DNA of 64,000 nucleotides from a virus: the IMG/VR virus record IMGVR_UViG_3300008120_000061, positions 1 through 64,000 of that record; one strand, given 5' to 3'. Numbering within the stretch: the first letter of the stretch is position 1; each line of letters starts with the position of its first letter. The notes below the pieces were generated by a model. It did no database searches and was not told the DNA's origin. It saw only the letters and a program-made list of their open reading frames with translations. The position numbers and the translations under genes were made by a program. Positions 9,656-18,492 of the stretch are shown here, one piece after another.

Positions 9656-12229
9656 ATGGATAAAACATTTTTTATCACTACAGATGACATTCAAAAGAGT
9701 GCCAAAAGTAGTGACAAAACTTTAAGAATTGCTGGCTACGCTAATACAACTAGTAAAGATAGATCTGGAGATATTGTACTACCAGAAGCTTGGGCTAAAG
9801 GTGTAGAAAACTTCCGCAGAAATCCTATTTTACTTTATCAGCACGATCACGGTAAACCTATCGGTAGAGTTAGTGCTGTTACAGTAGATAAAAAAGGTAT
9901 TTTTGTTGAAGCTAGTATTAGTGAGGCTGCAGAACGTCAACACGGAGTTAAAACTCTTATTAATGATGGCGTGTTAAAAAGTTTTAGTGTTGGTTTCAGA
10001 ATTAAGGATGCTAAATATGATAAATTAGCTGATACTTTCTATATCAAAGATGTAGAGCTATTAGAAATTTCTGTAGTTAGTGTTCCTGCAAACCAAAATT
10101 CTTTATTCTCTGTACGCAAAACTTTTGAAGACGAAGCAGACTATGCTAAATTCAAAGATCAATTTGCAGACGATAATAAAGCCTCAGTAGAAGAATCAGC
10201 TGTTAAAGAGCTTGAAGCTACTGAAATCAAAGCCGCAGAAGATGAAGCTGAAGAAGAGTCTACCTTTGTAGAATCTGATCCTATGAAGCTAATTCCTTTT
10301 GTAAACCTTTTAAATGCAGACACTTCTAAAATCACAACTAAATCTTTTGTAGTTATTGATAAAGTTCGTTATAAAACTTCAGAAATTGCTACTGCAGAGA
10401 GCCCAGAATTTACTTTTGAAGAGTGTGACATATCAGGAAATCTAACTGGAAAATCTATTAAAGTACCAGCTATCGATATCACTGTTATTAATGCTTGGGA
10501 TCTTGAAAAAGAATACGATATACTATTAAATATTACTAAAACACAAACACTAAACGACGAAGAGAAAGTTAGAGTAATTGGTAAGTTTAAAACTCTTATT
10601 AATTCAAATGAGCTAGATCTTATTCAATTAAAGAATGATTCCGAACTAGCTTCAAATGCAAAGCTACAAAGAGCTTTAAATGATTCTATCAATCTCATGA
10701 GTCAAAATTATACTGAATGGAATGACTCTCATTTCAACTTAGCTTACAAAAGCTGTATGGTTATTGAGACGCTAAAGCAGATCCCGGCGGATAGTAACAG
10801 GGATCTAATGCTAAAAGTATATGGCCATAATATACAAAACACTCTAGAGGAGAAAAGAACTATGACTACTGAAAATGTAGGTGAACCAATGAAGATCGAT
10901 ACAAAATCTACTGCAACTGAATCAGTTGCTAGAGTATCAGAACCTCGCGTAGCCCAACTAGTTGAAAAAGCTGGTGAGGCTATCATCAAAGCAGAAGCTG
11001 CTGAGTATAGAGCTCAAGAAACAAACTCTGCTCCAGATCCTCGCGTTATGGAAGAACTAGCTGAACTTAAAGGTCAACTAAAAGCTTATCGCGAGCAAGT
11101 AGGTGCAATGCAAACAAGCAAAATGCACTATCAGGAAAGCACTAGAACTAATGCTCAGTTCTCTGACGCAGAAAAGTCTAATGCAGTGTTCCTAGCACGC
11201 GCCCTAAACAAGCGTGACATGTTTGACACTAGACTAGGTGATCGTATGAAAGCTGTTCTAACTGACGGCAATCTAAACGAAGCATTTAGCACTAACGTGT
11301 ACAACGAAATGCAACAACAACTAGTTATTGCTCCAATGTTTAACCGCATTGATGTAAATAGCAAAGACTTCCGTATTCCAGTAGCCGACGAAGACGGTTC
11401 AGATTTCGTAGCACAATTCCCAAGCGGTTCATTCGCAGCAGGAGTTAACGATTCTACTACTGTACCAACATCTCGTCAAGCTCAAATTGGTGCTGTAACT
11501 CTAAGCCCTAAAAAGTTCATGGTTGCGACACACATTGCCAAAGACGAAGAAGAAGATACAATTCTTCCACTTATCGACTTCCTACGCCAAGCTGCTACTC
11601 GTCGCTTAGCTCGTGGTATCGACAAGGCTCTTCTACGTGGTAACGGCTCTCTAAGCGCATTCTCTGCTTCTAACACTCTAACTGCAGCTGGAGCATATCC
11701 ATCTGTTATTAAGGGTCTTGTAGAGCACGCTGCTGCTGTTAACGCTCTAGTTACTAAAACCGGAACAACAATTGATAAAGCAGATCCAGGTGATATCGCT
11801 GCTGCTCGCCTAACTCTAGGTAAGTACGGTCTATCTCTAGGTTCTAACCTAGCATATGTTACTTCTGTAGAAGGTTATAATAACCTAGTAACTAACACTG
11901 ATTTCCAAACTGTAGATAAGTTCGGTGCTCAAGCTACTTACCTAACTGGTAGCGTAGGTGCTGTATACGGTATTCCAATTTTCATCTCTGAATTCATGGA
12001 CACCGCTTCTGCAGCTGACTCTAACCTAGGTATCCTAGTTTATAAGCCAGGATTCATTATCGGTGAGCGTCGTTCAATGGAAATTGAAAGCGAATACCTA
12101 CCACAACAACAAGTAACTGCAATGTACCTAAGCACTCGTATGGACTTCCAAGCCTTAACAACTGTTTCACAGGCTGCATTAAGTGCTCGTTATTCTTACG
12201 CAGGTCTAATTACTACTGCAAGCTCATAA
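9656..12229 (+). CDS. Prohead protease fused in-frame to major capsid protein
   Basis: SD AAGGAG before ATG 9656; IAGYA..DRSGDIV..LYQHD..PIG..SFSVGF..LLEISVVSVPAN protease, then HK97-fold capsid with no stop. Confidence 0.9.
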   Translation: MDKTFFITTDDIQKSAKSSDKTLRIAGYANTTSKDRSGDIVLPEAWAKGVENFRRNPILLYQHDHGKPIGRVSAVTVDKKGIFVEASISEAAERQHGVKTLINDGVLKSFSVGFRIKDAKYDKLADTFYIKDVELLEISVVSVPANQNSLFSVRKTFEDEADYAKFKDQFADDNKASVEESAVKELEATEIKAAEDEAEEESTFVESDPMKLIPFVNLLNADTSKITTKSFVVIDKVRYKTSEIATAESPEFTFEECDISGNLTGKSIKVPAIDITVINAWDLEKEYDILLNITKTQTLNDEEKVRVIGKFKTLINSNELDLIQLKNDSELASNAKLQRALNDSINLMSQNYTEWNDSHFNLAYKSCMVIETLKQIPADSNRDLMLKVYGHNIQNTLEEKRTMTTENVGEPMKIDTKSTATESVARVSEPRVAQLVEKAGEAIIKAEAAEYRAQETNSAPDPRVMEELAELKGQLKAYREQVGAMQTSKMHYQESTRTNAQFSDAEKSNAVFLARALNKRDMFDTRLGDRMKAVLTDGNLNEAFSTNVYNEMQQQLVIAPMFNRIDVNSKDFRIPVADEDGSDFVAQFPSGSFAAGVNDSTTVPTSRQAQIGAVTLSPKKFMVATHIAKDEEEDTILPLIDFLRQAATRRLARGIDKALLRGNGSLSAFSASNTLTAAGAYPSVIKGLVEHAAAVNALVTKTGTTIDKADPGDIAAARLTLGKYGLSLGSNLAYVTSVEGYNNLVTNTDFQTVDKFGAQATYLTGSVGAVYGIPIFISEFMDTASAADSNLGILVYKPGFIIGERRSMEIESEYLPQQQVTAMYLSTRMDFQALTTVSQAALSARYSYAGLITTASS
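10862..12229 (+). CDS. Major capsid protein from an internal in-frame start (455 aa)
   Basis: GAGGAG 10847-10852, 9 nt before in-frame ATG 10862; length close to T5 pb8; coiled-coil delta-like N-terminus. Confidence 0.75.
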   Translation: MTTENVGEPMKIDTKSTATESVARVSEPRVAQLVEKAGEAIIKAEAAEYRAQETNSAPDPRVMEELAELKGQLKAYREQVGAMQTSKMHYQESTRTNAQFSDAEKSNAVFLARALNKRDMFDTRLGDRMKAVLTDGNLNEAFSTNVYNEMQQQLVIAPMFNRIDVNSKDFRIPVADEDGSDFVAQFPSGSFAAGVNDSTTVPTSRQAQIGAVTLSPKKFMVATHIAKDEEEDTILPLIDFLRQAATRRLARGIDKALLRGNGSLSAFSASNTLTAAGAYPSVIKGLVEHAAAVNALVTKTGTTIDKADPGDIAAARLTLGKYGLSLGSNLAYVTSVEGYNNLVTNTDFQTVDKFGAQATYLTGSVGAVYGIPIFISEFMDTASAADSNLGILVYKPGFIIGERRSMEIESEYLPQQQVTAMYLSTRMDFQALTTVSQAALSARYSYAGLITTASS

Positions 12230-12261
12230 TATACAATGTATATAATACGCTAACAAAAGGT

Positions 12262-12290
12262 GGGGGAGGGCTGAGCCCTCCCCCTATTTA
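12262..12290 (+). terminator. GC-rich hairpin after the capsid gene (weak U tract; terminator or stabiliser)
   Basis: GGGGAGGGC-TGA-GCCCTCCCC followed by TATTTACT. Confidence 0.6.
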
Positions 12291-12304
12291 CTATCGGGAT
12301 ACTC

Positions 12305-13021
12305 ATGCTTAAACATCATATATGCCATATCCACTGCTTAGATCATCCTAGTGTATTTAAAGTAGTATCATATGCTGCTAAATATAAAAAACTATTTAAC
12401 GGCGTAAAAATTGCCACTCTAATAAAAGTAACTCCAGAATCTGATATTTACGAAAGAGTGTATTCTATATTAACAAAGCTAGGATACGAAATTGTTACAG
12501 TACAGAATACACCTCTTAGAGAGGTAGGTCATTTTTTTAATACTAGCCTACCTATATTACTATCTAAAACATCAGAAGGGGTAGTATATTACAACCATTC
12601 TAAAGGTATTTCATATCATCCAGATTCAGAAGACGGCATAGCCACTACTCTTTGGACAGATGTTTTATATCACTACACGCTAGATTGCGCTGATAAATTT
12701 CCTTTTGAAGATAAACGATATAAAACTTTTGGATCTTGTATTATTAAAAATAAAAACTTTCTAGAGCCAAAGACTCTAGGTGAAGAGTATAGCTACTTAG
12801 GAACATTTTTCTGGATCAAGATAGAAGATCTAGCTACTAAGAAGTTTAACCCAGAACTATCTGTATTTTACCTAGAGGCTCTGCCGGGCTTAGTTAGTAA
12901 GAGCACTCAGGCTTTTAATTTGGGTCCAACCTTTAGTAAATTTGAAAGCCCATATAAGTTAGAATCTTGGGAGAAGAAAGGTATAAATTTTGGATTTCCA
13001 AACAAAAATAATGCTAATTGA
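12305..13021 (+). CDS. Putative glycosyltransferase-like protein (RgpF/rhamnan synthesis F-like)
   Basis: REVGH, YYNHSKG and GTFFWIK motifs, as in YxHxKG...G(N/T)F(W/F)W viral glycan proteins. Confidence 0.45.
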   Translation: MLKHHICHIHCLDHPSVFKVVSYAAKYKKLFNGVKIATLIKVTPESDIYERVYSILTKLGYEIVTVQNTPLREVGHFFNTSLPILLSKTSEGVVYYNHSKGISYHPDSEDGIATTLWTDVLYHYTLDCADKFPFEDKRYKTFGSCIIKNKNFLEPKTLGEEYSYLGTFFWIKIEDLATKKFNPELSVFYLEALPGLVSKSTQAFNLGPTFSKFESPYKLESWEKKGINFGFPNKNNAN

Positions 13022-13274
13022 AATGGCTAGACTCCAGTATATCACTTTTGATATGGAGTTTAGAGAATACACTTCCACAGGTAACTCTTTTAGTGGCGCT
13101 TATAACTTTTTTAGTTTAGAAGATATAGAGGCTCACAAAGAGAAGTCTGAAAGATATAAACAGATAGAAGCTTGGAATATAAAACATGCTAGCTTTAGGG
13201 ATGCGTCCCCAATAAGACTTACTACGCATTCTATAGTGAAGAATTTGGAGAAATTAGATGGCGAACTTAGTTAG
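12990..13274 (+). CDS. Hypothetical protein
   Basis: Fills the gap and overlaps both neighbours; start uncertain. Confidence 0.55.
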   Translation: MDFQTKIMLIEMARLQYITFDMEFREYTSTGNSFSGAYNFFSLEDIEAHKEKSERYKQIEAWNIKHASFRDASPIRLTTHSIVKNLEKLDGELS

Positions 13275-14526
13275 TTTAGCAGAAATAAAAGACTTTTTAG
13301 TAATAAAAGTTATTAATACCGATGAAGATGGTCGTTTAGCTAATATTGCTACCCAAGTTAGTTCTCTAGTAGAGTCTTATTGTGGAAGAATATTTGCAGC
13401 AAATAATTATACAGAATACTTTGATGGCGGAATATCATCAGTATTTGTGGCTTACCCACCTCTAAATAGGGTAGATGAAGTATCACATTTTGATGGAAAA
13501 GACTATGTAATTTTAGGCGGGCCAGGAGTTAATGGTGAGCCTATAATAACAGATGGCACTTCTCATAGCATTACTAATGTGGGAAATCCCGTACTAAGTA
13601 CTCGCGTTAAAAAGTTTAATAGATCTAGTTTAAAGTTAGACGGTAGTAGTTATGTCCAGACAGATTCTACAGAAGATTGGAACTTTGGAGTTGATCCTTT
13701 TACTATAGAAACGCAAGTTAGACTTGATAATGTTGCCTCGTCACATACTATAGCTTCTAGCGGGTTAATAGCTAATAATAGTCATTGGCAGTTTGAAGTT
13801 GATTTAATAAATGGCGCTCAATTTAGAGTTATAGAAAATAACATTGTAAAGATAAATGTTTCTCAAGGTTCTAATACAGGGTATAGTGCCAATCAATTCT
13901 ACCATATGGCAATAGTTAGAGACAACACTACAATTAAAATATATAGAAATGGAACTAGCATAGCATCGTTAACCACAGCTAACTCAATACCTAATTTTAA
14001 TAATGGCATATTTGTTGGTAGCGGCACACATAGTTTGACTGGATATCTAGACGATTTTAAGATTAGCCATATAGCAGAATATACCTCTAACTTTACTGCT
14101 CCTACATACCCTACTAGAATAGACGAAAATACTAAACTAATGCTTCGTTTTGATGGGGCGAATAACACAAATGTTATAGCTGATGTATCTAGACGAGTTA
14201 ATCAGTTTAGTTTCTATCCAGTAACTGGTGAAATAACTTTTAATACTGGAAATGGCGGCGGAACAGAAGCGCTTGGATTCTTTAGGCCTCTTAAGTTTTA
14301 TAACTATCCTAAAGGAGTTAAAGTTACTTATAATGGGGGATACACTACAATACCTAGCGATTTAAAGCTAGCTACGCTTGAAATGGTAAAAGTTATATAT
14401 AAAGGCAGATCGGGTAGCGAGAGTGTTAGAATGCAGGGAGAAGATATTAGCAGCCATAAGCTGTCACTAGATGGGTTCCCGCCACAAGTTAGAAGAGTTT
14501 TAAATCTATACAGGTTGATTGAATAA
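13258..14526 (+). CDS. Head-tail connector / head completion protein (T5 p144-like) with inserted LamG/ConA-like domain
   Basis: LVSLAEIKDFL..VESYCGR..EYFDG and VKVTYNGGY..IPSDLKLA..FPPQVRRVLNLYR flank FTIETQVR..FYHMAIVR..IYRNG..GYLDDFKIS. Confidence 0.8.
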   Translation: MANLVSLAEIKDFLVIKVINTDEDGRLANIATQVSSLVESYCGRIFAANNYTEYFDGGISSVFVAYPPLNRVDEVSHFDGKDYVILGGPGVNGEPIITDGTSHSITNVGNPVLSTRVKKFNRSSLKLDGSSYVQTDSTEDWNFGVDPFTIETQVRLDNVASSHTIASSGLIANNSHWQFEVDLINGAQFRVIENNIVKINVSQGSNTGYSANQFYHMAIVRDNTTIKIYRNGTSIASLTTANSIPNFNNGIFVGSGTHSLTGYLDDFKISHIAEYTSNFTAPTYPTRIDENTKLMLRFDGANNTNVIADVSRRVNQFSFYPVTGEITFNTGNGGGTEALGFFRPLKFYNYPKGVKVTYNGGYTTIPSDLKLATLEMVKVIYKGRSGSESVRMQGEDISSHKLSLDGFPPQVRRVLNLYRLIE

Positions 14527-15749
14527 TGTCTAATATTAGATTATCTGTACTTTCATTTAATAAAAATCCCGCACTATTACGCGTTTATCAATCTTATATA
14601 GAAGCTGCAGATGAAACATCTAGAAATAGATTACAACAAAAACTAGAGCGAGTAATAGGTGATAAGTTATACGGTGCTAAAAAAGTAGCAGGAAATCCAA
14701 GGCTAATACCAGACTGGTATATTGATCAAAGTGACGCCGCTCTAGAAATTACTAATAAACTTGGGATATTTGAGAGAGATGCTAAATCAGGTATACTAGA
14801 AATTGAAGCCAAACTCCAAAGAAGACTTACAGAATCTAGAACCACTACTACTATCGGTTCAGGAGTACTAAATAATAGTATTATAAATGAGATACTACAA
14901 AATAAAGGTCAAGTAACTACTAACAACGTAGAGCAAAAGATATTTAGGCAACTACGAAGAATTAAGTCTGGTACTAATCTATTTAATTTCTTAGCTAAAA
15001 ATGCAGTTTCTACTATACACGAACCTGCATATCAAAAATCAAAAAACTTAACTATCCTGTCTAAAACGTCTGGTAGCTTATTAGCTTATCAAATATATTT
15101 TCCAAGAGCTAAATTTAAAGCTCCTATCTTCGGTAGTTCTATTGGCTCTGATGGCACTATTAGTTACTTTTTACAAACTAGTTTTGAAAAACAACTTGTA
15201 GCCGCAGCTTCCAAAGCTATGATGGCTGTTGATGTAGAAATTATACGCGAGCAACAAGATCTTGCTAAAACTATAAAACCTACAGATATAAGCTTTAGTA
15301 AGCCAGCTAAAGGTAGAAAAACTAAACCAACTGAAACTATTGACATGATATATTATTCTACTAATAGTATACCTATGTCTAGAGGTATTCCTAAAGCGTC
15401 TGTCAATCTTCGATTGCCCGCAGATATTGAAGATAAAGACTTTGACACTCCTAGAGACTCAGTACTTGATATAACTAGAGCAGTACAAGCTAAAGTAAGA
15501 AGTAGAATGAGACGTGGAGTAGGTAAACCTCGCCCTCCTAAGCTATATGAACGTACCGGAACTTTTAGAGGAAGTATTCGTGCTCATTTTGTTGAGCGTC
15601 AAAATACTGTAGACTATTCTTATATACCTTATTACGATAGACTAGAACGTTCCGGCTATCAGGTTAATAGACTAGTAGAAGATTCTATTAGATCGGTAGT
15701 TCAAGCCAAGTTTAAACAACAGGCAACAACTAGAAGAATAAATCTTTAA
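14526..15749 (+). CDS. Tail completion / neck protein (T5 p143-like)
   Basis: C-terminal LYERTGTFRGSI..YSYIPYY..RLVEDSIR; gene order. Confidence 0.6.
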   Translation: MSNIRLSVLSFNKNPALLRVYQSYIEAADETSRNRLQQKLERVIGDKLYGAKKVAGNPRLIPDWYIDQSDAALEITNKLGIFERDAKSGILEIEAKLQRRLTESRTTTTIGSGVLNNSIINEILQNKGQVTTNNVEQKIFRQLRRIKSGTNLFNFLAKNAVSTIHEPAYQKSKNLTILSKTSGSLLAYQIYFPRAKFKAPIFGSSIGSDGTISYFLQTSFEKQLVAAASKAMMAVDVEIIREQQDLAKTIKPTDISFSKPAKGRKTKPTETIDMIYYSTNSIPMSRGIPKASVNLRLPADIEDKDFDTPRDSVLDITRAVQAKVRSRMRRGVGKPRPPKLYERTGTFRGSIRAHFVERQNTVDYSYIPYYDRLERSGYQVNRLVEDSIRSVVQAKFKQQATTRRINL

Positions 15750-15760
15750 AAAATTAAAAT

Positions 15761-15789
15761 TTGCCAATTATAGTTCTGCGTGCTATACT
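15761..15789 (+). promoter_or_regulatory. Sigma70-type promoter with extended -10
   Basis: TTGCCA-17 nt-TATACT, with TGn before the -10. Confidence 0.75.
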
Positions 15790-15806
15790 TAAGAAAGAAT
15801 AGAGAG

Positions 15807-16256
15807 ATGTCCAATCGTTCCGATATAAATGACTTTATCGTAAGCCAATTACGAAATATAAACGGTAGAACGTCTCCGTACGATTCTACATACAATTTTA
15901 AGACGTCTTTACATGAAAATGTATACAGAGGAATTCGATTCTTAGATGAGATAAACGATTTCCCTTCTATATATGTATCTACAGGACGAGAAGTAAGAAA
16001 GTTTAATACTCAAGGAAATATAGAGGCTAGGGTAGAAACAACATTACGCTGTTACTTGTATGGAGATGATACAGTTAATCAAATTAACGATCTGATCCAA
16101 GACATAGAACACGTTATTTATAATTTAAAGTTTCAACCATCTCTACAAGTATTTGATGTTAGCATTACTACAGCTTTAACAGACTCTGGGTTGCTAATAC
16201 CATATGGAATGGCCGAGATATTTCTTAGTACTCGTTTTGAAATTTTTAAAATCTAA
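15807..16256 (+). CDS. Tail terminator (T5 p142-like)
   Basis: NVYRGIRFLDEINDFPSI..LIQDIEHVI..DSGLLIPYGMAEI; start moved to ATG 15807, downstream of the promoter. Confidence 0.8.
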   Translation: MSNRSDINDFIVSQLRNINGRTSPYDSTYNFKTSLHENVYRGIRFLDEINDFPSIYVSTGREVRKFNTQGNIEARVETTLRCYLYGDDTVNQINDLIQDIEHVIYNLKFQPSLQVFDVSITTALTDSGLLIPYGMAEIFLSTRFEIFKI

Positions 16257-16270
16257 AGGAGAAAGCTAAA

Positions 16271-17545
16271 ATGGCTTCATCACTAAACCTTCAAAGAAAC
16301 TCTGAAGTTTACATGTCTACCGTCGACCTAGCCGGTGGAGATACAGGCTCAGATATGACACCTACAAATACCTGGAGAATAGAAGTACTCGCCGGTTATG
16401 CAGCAAGTCAATCAGCGGCTACACAAGATATTACATCACTGGAAAGTGGTCTAACTCCTGACCGCGGTACCCAGCGCTTTAACACTGCAATCAATCCAAC
16501 TGAGTGGAGTTTCCAGACCTACTTACGCCCAACTGGAGTTACAAATACTAGCGGAGGCACAAACGTAGACCCTACAGGTAACTCACAGCCACTAGCAGAC
16601 TGGTTCTTATGGCAGGCACTTCTATCTAATACTGCATACTCAGCAGGAACAGGAGCTTCTTCAGTTCTGCAGTCTGTATGGCAGACTAATGGAAAATTTG
16701 CTCTAGTAGCTCGTGCAGCATCAGGTAATACTCGTGCCCACACTTCTAACATGGCTCGCGCAACAGAATATAATATGTACCTAAAAATGGATAACGTAGT
16801 ATATCAAGTTCAAAACGCTACTGTTAATGAAGCTTCTATTGATGCCGCCATTGACTCTATCGCTATGACCAGCTGGAGCGGTTTTGGTACTGATTTTATC
16901 GAACTAACAAGTACCGCACGTAACGACTTTATTGACGTTGTTGGTGGAGTTAAGAATGATGGAAGTTCTGTAACAGCAACTCCATCAGTTGACTCTAATA
17001 CACAAGCTTCTGCATATCACAGTTATGCAAGATATAACGTTGCTGGAACTACAACTACAAGCGCATTCATTCAGAACCGTTTAAGTGCTATTGAAGTAAC
17101 CCACACACCAGCAGGTCAAGCTTCAGATACTTACACATTCCCAGTAACTGGACTAGGATTTACATATTCTAACGCACTAACTTATCTAACTCCAGAAGAA
17201 CTAGCTGCTCTAAATACTCCAATCAGTCAGTTTACTGGATCTAGAACTATCACAGGTAACTTTACTGCTTACCTACGTTCTGGAGATGATGAAAGTGCTC
17301 AGTTCCTACGTAATATCTCTAACGATTCTAGAACAAGTATCGCACAAGCAAGTACTGCTAACCTAAAGATTGGTGGTTCTACAGCTCCGTTCGTTGCGGC
17401 TTACATGCCTGCTACTCAGTTCAACTTCCCAACTCACACTGTGGAAGATATCATTGGTATCTCTGTAGAATTCTTAGCTCAAGAACCTACAGCTAGTCGT
17501 GGTACTGGTAGCGAATTAACACTAGTTGTTTCTGCCGCATCTTAA
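16271..17545 (+). CDS. Major tail tube protein (T5 pb6-like, no obvious C-terminal Ig domain)
   Basis: LQRNSEVY, RFNTAINPTEWSFQTYLRP, FIQNRLS, TYLTPEEL, FTGSRTITGNFTAYL. Confidence 0.9.
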   Translation: MASSLNLQRNSEVYMSTVDLAGGDTGSDMTPTNTWRIEVLAGYAASQSAATQDITSLESGLTPDRGTQRFNTAINPTEWSFQTYLRPTGVTNTSGGTNVDPTGNSQPLADWFLWQALLSNTAYSAGTGASSVLQSVWQTNGKFALVARAASGNTRAHTSNMARATEYNMYLKMDNVVYQVQNATVNEASIDAAIDSIAMTSWSGFGTDFIELTSTARNDFIDVVGGVKNDGSSVTATPSVDSNTQASAYHSYARYNVAGTTTTSAFIQNRLSAIEVTHTPAGQASDTYTFPVTGLGFTYSNALTYLTPEELAALNTPISQFTGSRTITGNFTAYLRSGDDESAQFLRNISNDSRTSIAQASTANLKIGGSTAPFVAAYMPATQFNFPTHTVEDIIGISVEFLAQEPTASRGTGSELTLVVSAAS

Positions 17546-17552
17546 TAATTGA

Positions 17553-17667
17553 ATAAACTACGCTTGAGGGGGCGTAGTTTATAAAAATGCAGTTGGGTAG
17601 CTACCTCAGCAAGCTATTAGATCTCCCCTCACTAATAGTAAGTTGGATATGGTAGCTACCCTTTTTT
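17553..17667 (+). ncRNA. Putative structured cis RNA: two hairpins with complementary loops, ending in a U tract
   Basis: Stem 17553-63/17572-82 with loop TTGAGGGG; outer stem 17595-605/17651-61; inner stem 17614-20/17632-38 with loop ATCTCCCCTCA; T6 at 17662-67. Confidence 0.6.
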
Positions 17668-17689
17668 ATAATAGAAATGAGAGGAAAAT

Positions 17690-18121
17690 ATGAGTTTAAT
17701 TAAAAATTTAATGGTAACAGAAAAGGTTACCGAAGTAGAGTTTCCAGATATTGACGGATTTGTAGTTCATGTTAACTATGTTGGCCGTGACAAAATGATG
17801 AAAATTCGTAATAGCGCACTAGTATATAAGTTTAATAAGCGTACTCGCCAGCGTGAAGAAGAAGTAGATAATGATAAGTTCCTAGAAGCTTATACTGAAG
17901 CTACTATTAAAGGTTGGAAAGGTCTAACTGTAAAAGGACTAAGCCAGCTTATTCCAGTAGACACTTCTAAAATGGATGCTAGTAAAGAAATTCCTTACAC
18001 TCCAGAAGACGCTCTTGACCTAGTTAAAAACTCTACTATTTTTGATCAATTTATCACTGACACGCTAAATGATTTTGATAACTTTGAACAAACTAGAAAA
18101 GAAACTCAAGAAAAAAACTAA
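17690..18121 (+). CDS. Tail assembly chaperone (gpG-like)
   Basis: EVEFPDIDGF..IKGWKGL; between tube and tape measure; ends at a slippery site. Confidence 0.85.
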   Translation: MSLIKNLMVTEKVTEVEFPDIDGFVVHVNYVGRDKMMKIRNSALVYKFNKRTRQREEEVDNDKFLEAYTEATIKGWKGLTVKGLSQLIPVDTSKMDASKEIPYTPEDALDLVKNSTIFDQFITDTLNDFDNFEQTRKETQEKN

Positions 18122-18157
18122 AAGACTTCCTCCGCAATCAACTTCATGGCGGAGGGA
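18112..18157 (+). other. Programmed -1 frameshift signal
   Basis: A AAA AAC at 18112-18, 8-nt spacer, hairpin TTCCTCCGC/GCGGAGGGA; -1 frame is open into the next ORF. Confidence 0.85.
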
Positions 18158-18489
18158 TGTCAGCTGACCAATACTACGCTATGTGTGAACAAATGGGGTG
18201 GGAGCCAAGAGAAGATGAAATACCAAAAGATATTGGCTCTCTCCCATTTAATAGTCAACTAGCTGTTTTATTTTTAAACCTACTTCCAGATCGTTGGGAT
18301 ACTACTGGTGGTGGATGGTTAGGAAAAGATTTTGCACCCTTAGAAGCTTTTATGAACATACATGAGGCGCAAGATAGAAAAGAAATCCTTGATTTAATAC
18401 TAATAGCTCATAGCGTACTAGCTGAACACTATAATCAGCAAAAGAAAGCTAGAGATTCTGCAGGTAAGAACAAGGCAAGAGTGAGATAA
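18118..18489 (+). CDS. Tail assembly chaperone frameshift extension (gpT-like)
   Basis: -1 frame LKDFLRNQLHGGGMSADQYYAMCEQMGWEP..LPDRWD..WLGKD. Confidence 0.8.
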   Translation, partial: LKDFLRNQLHGGGMSADQYYAMCEQMGWEPREDEIPKDIGSLPFNSQLAVLFLNLLPDRWDTTGGGWLGKDFAPLEAFMNIHEAQDRKEILDLILIAHSVLAEHYNQQKKARDSAGKNKARVR

Positions 18490-18492
18490 GGT

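Noticed and set aside
17553-17667. tRNA or simple terminator
   Set aside because: No T-loop or cloverleaf; more elaborate than a terminator, so reported as a structured element. No tRNA genes recognised in the window
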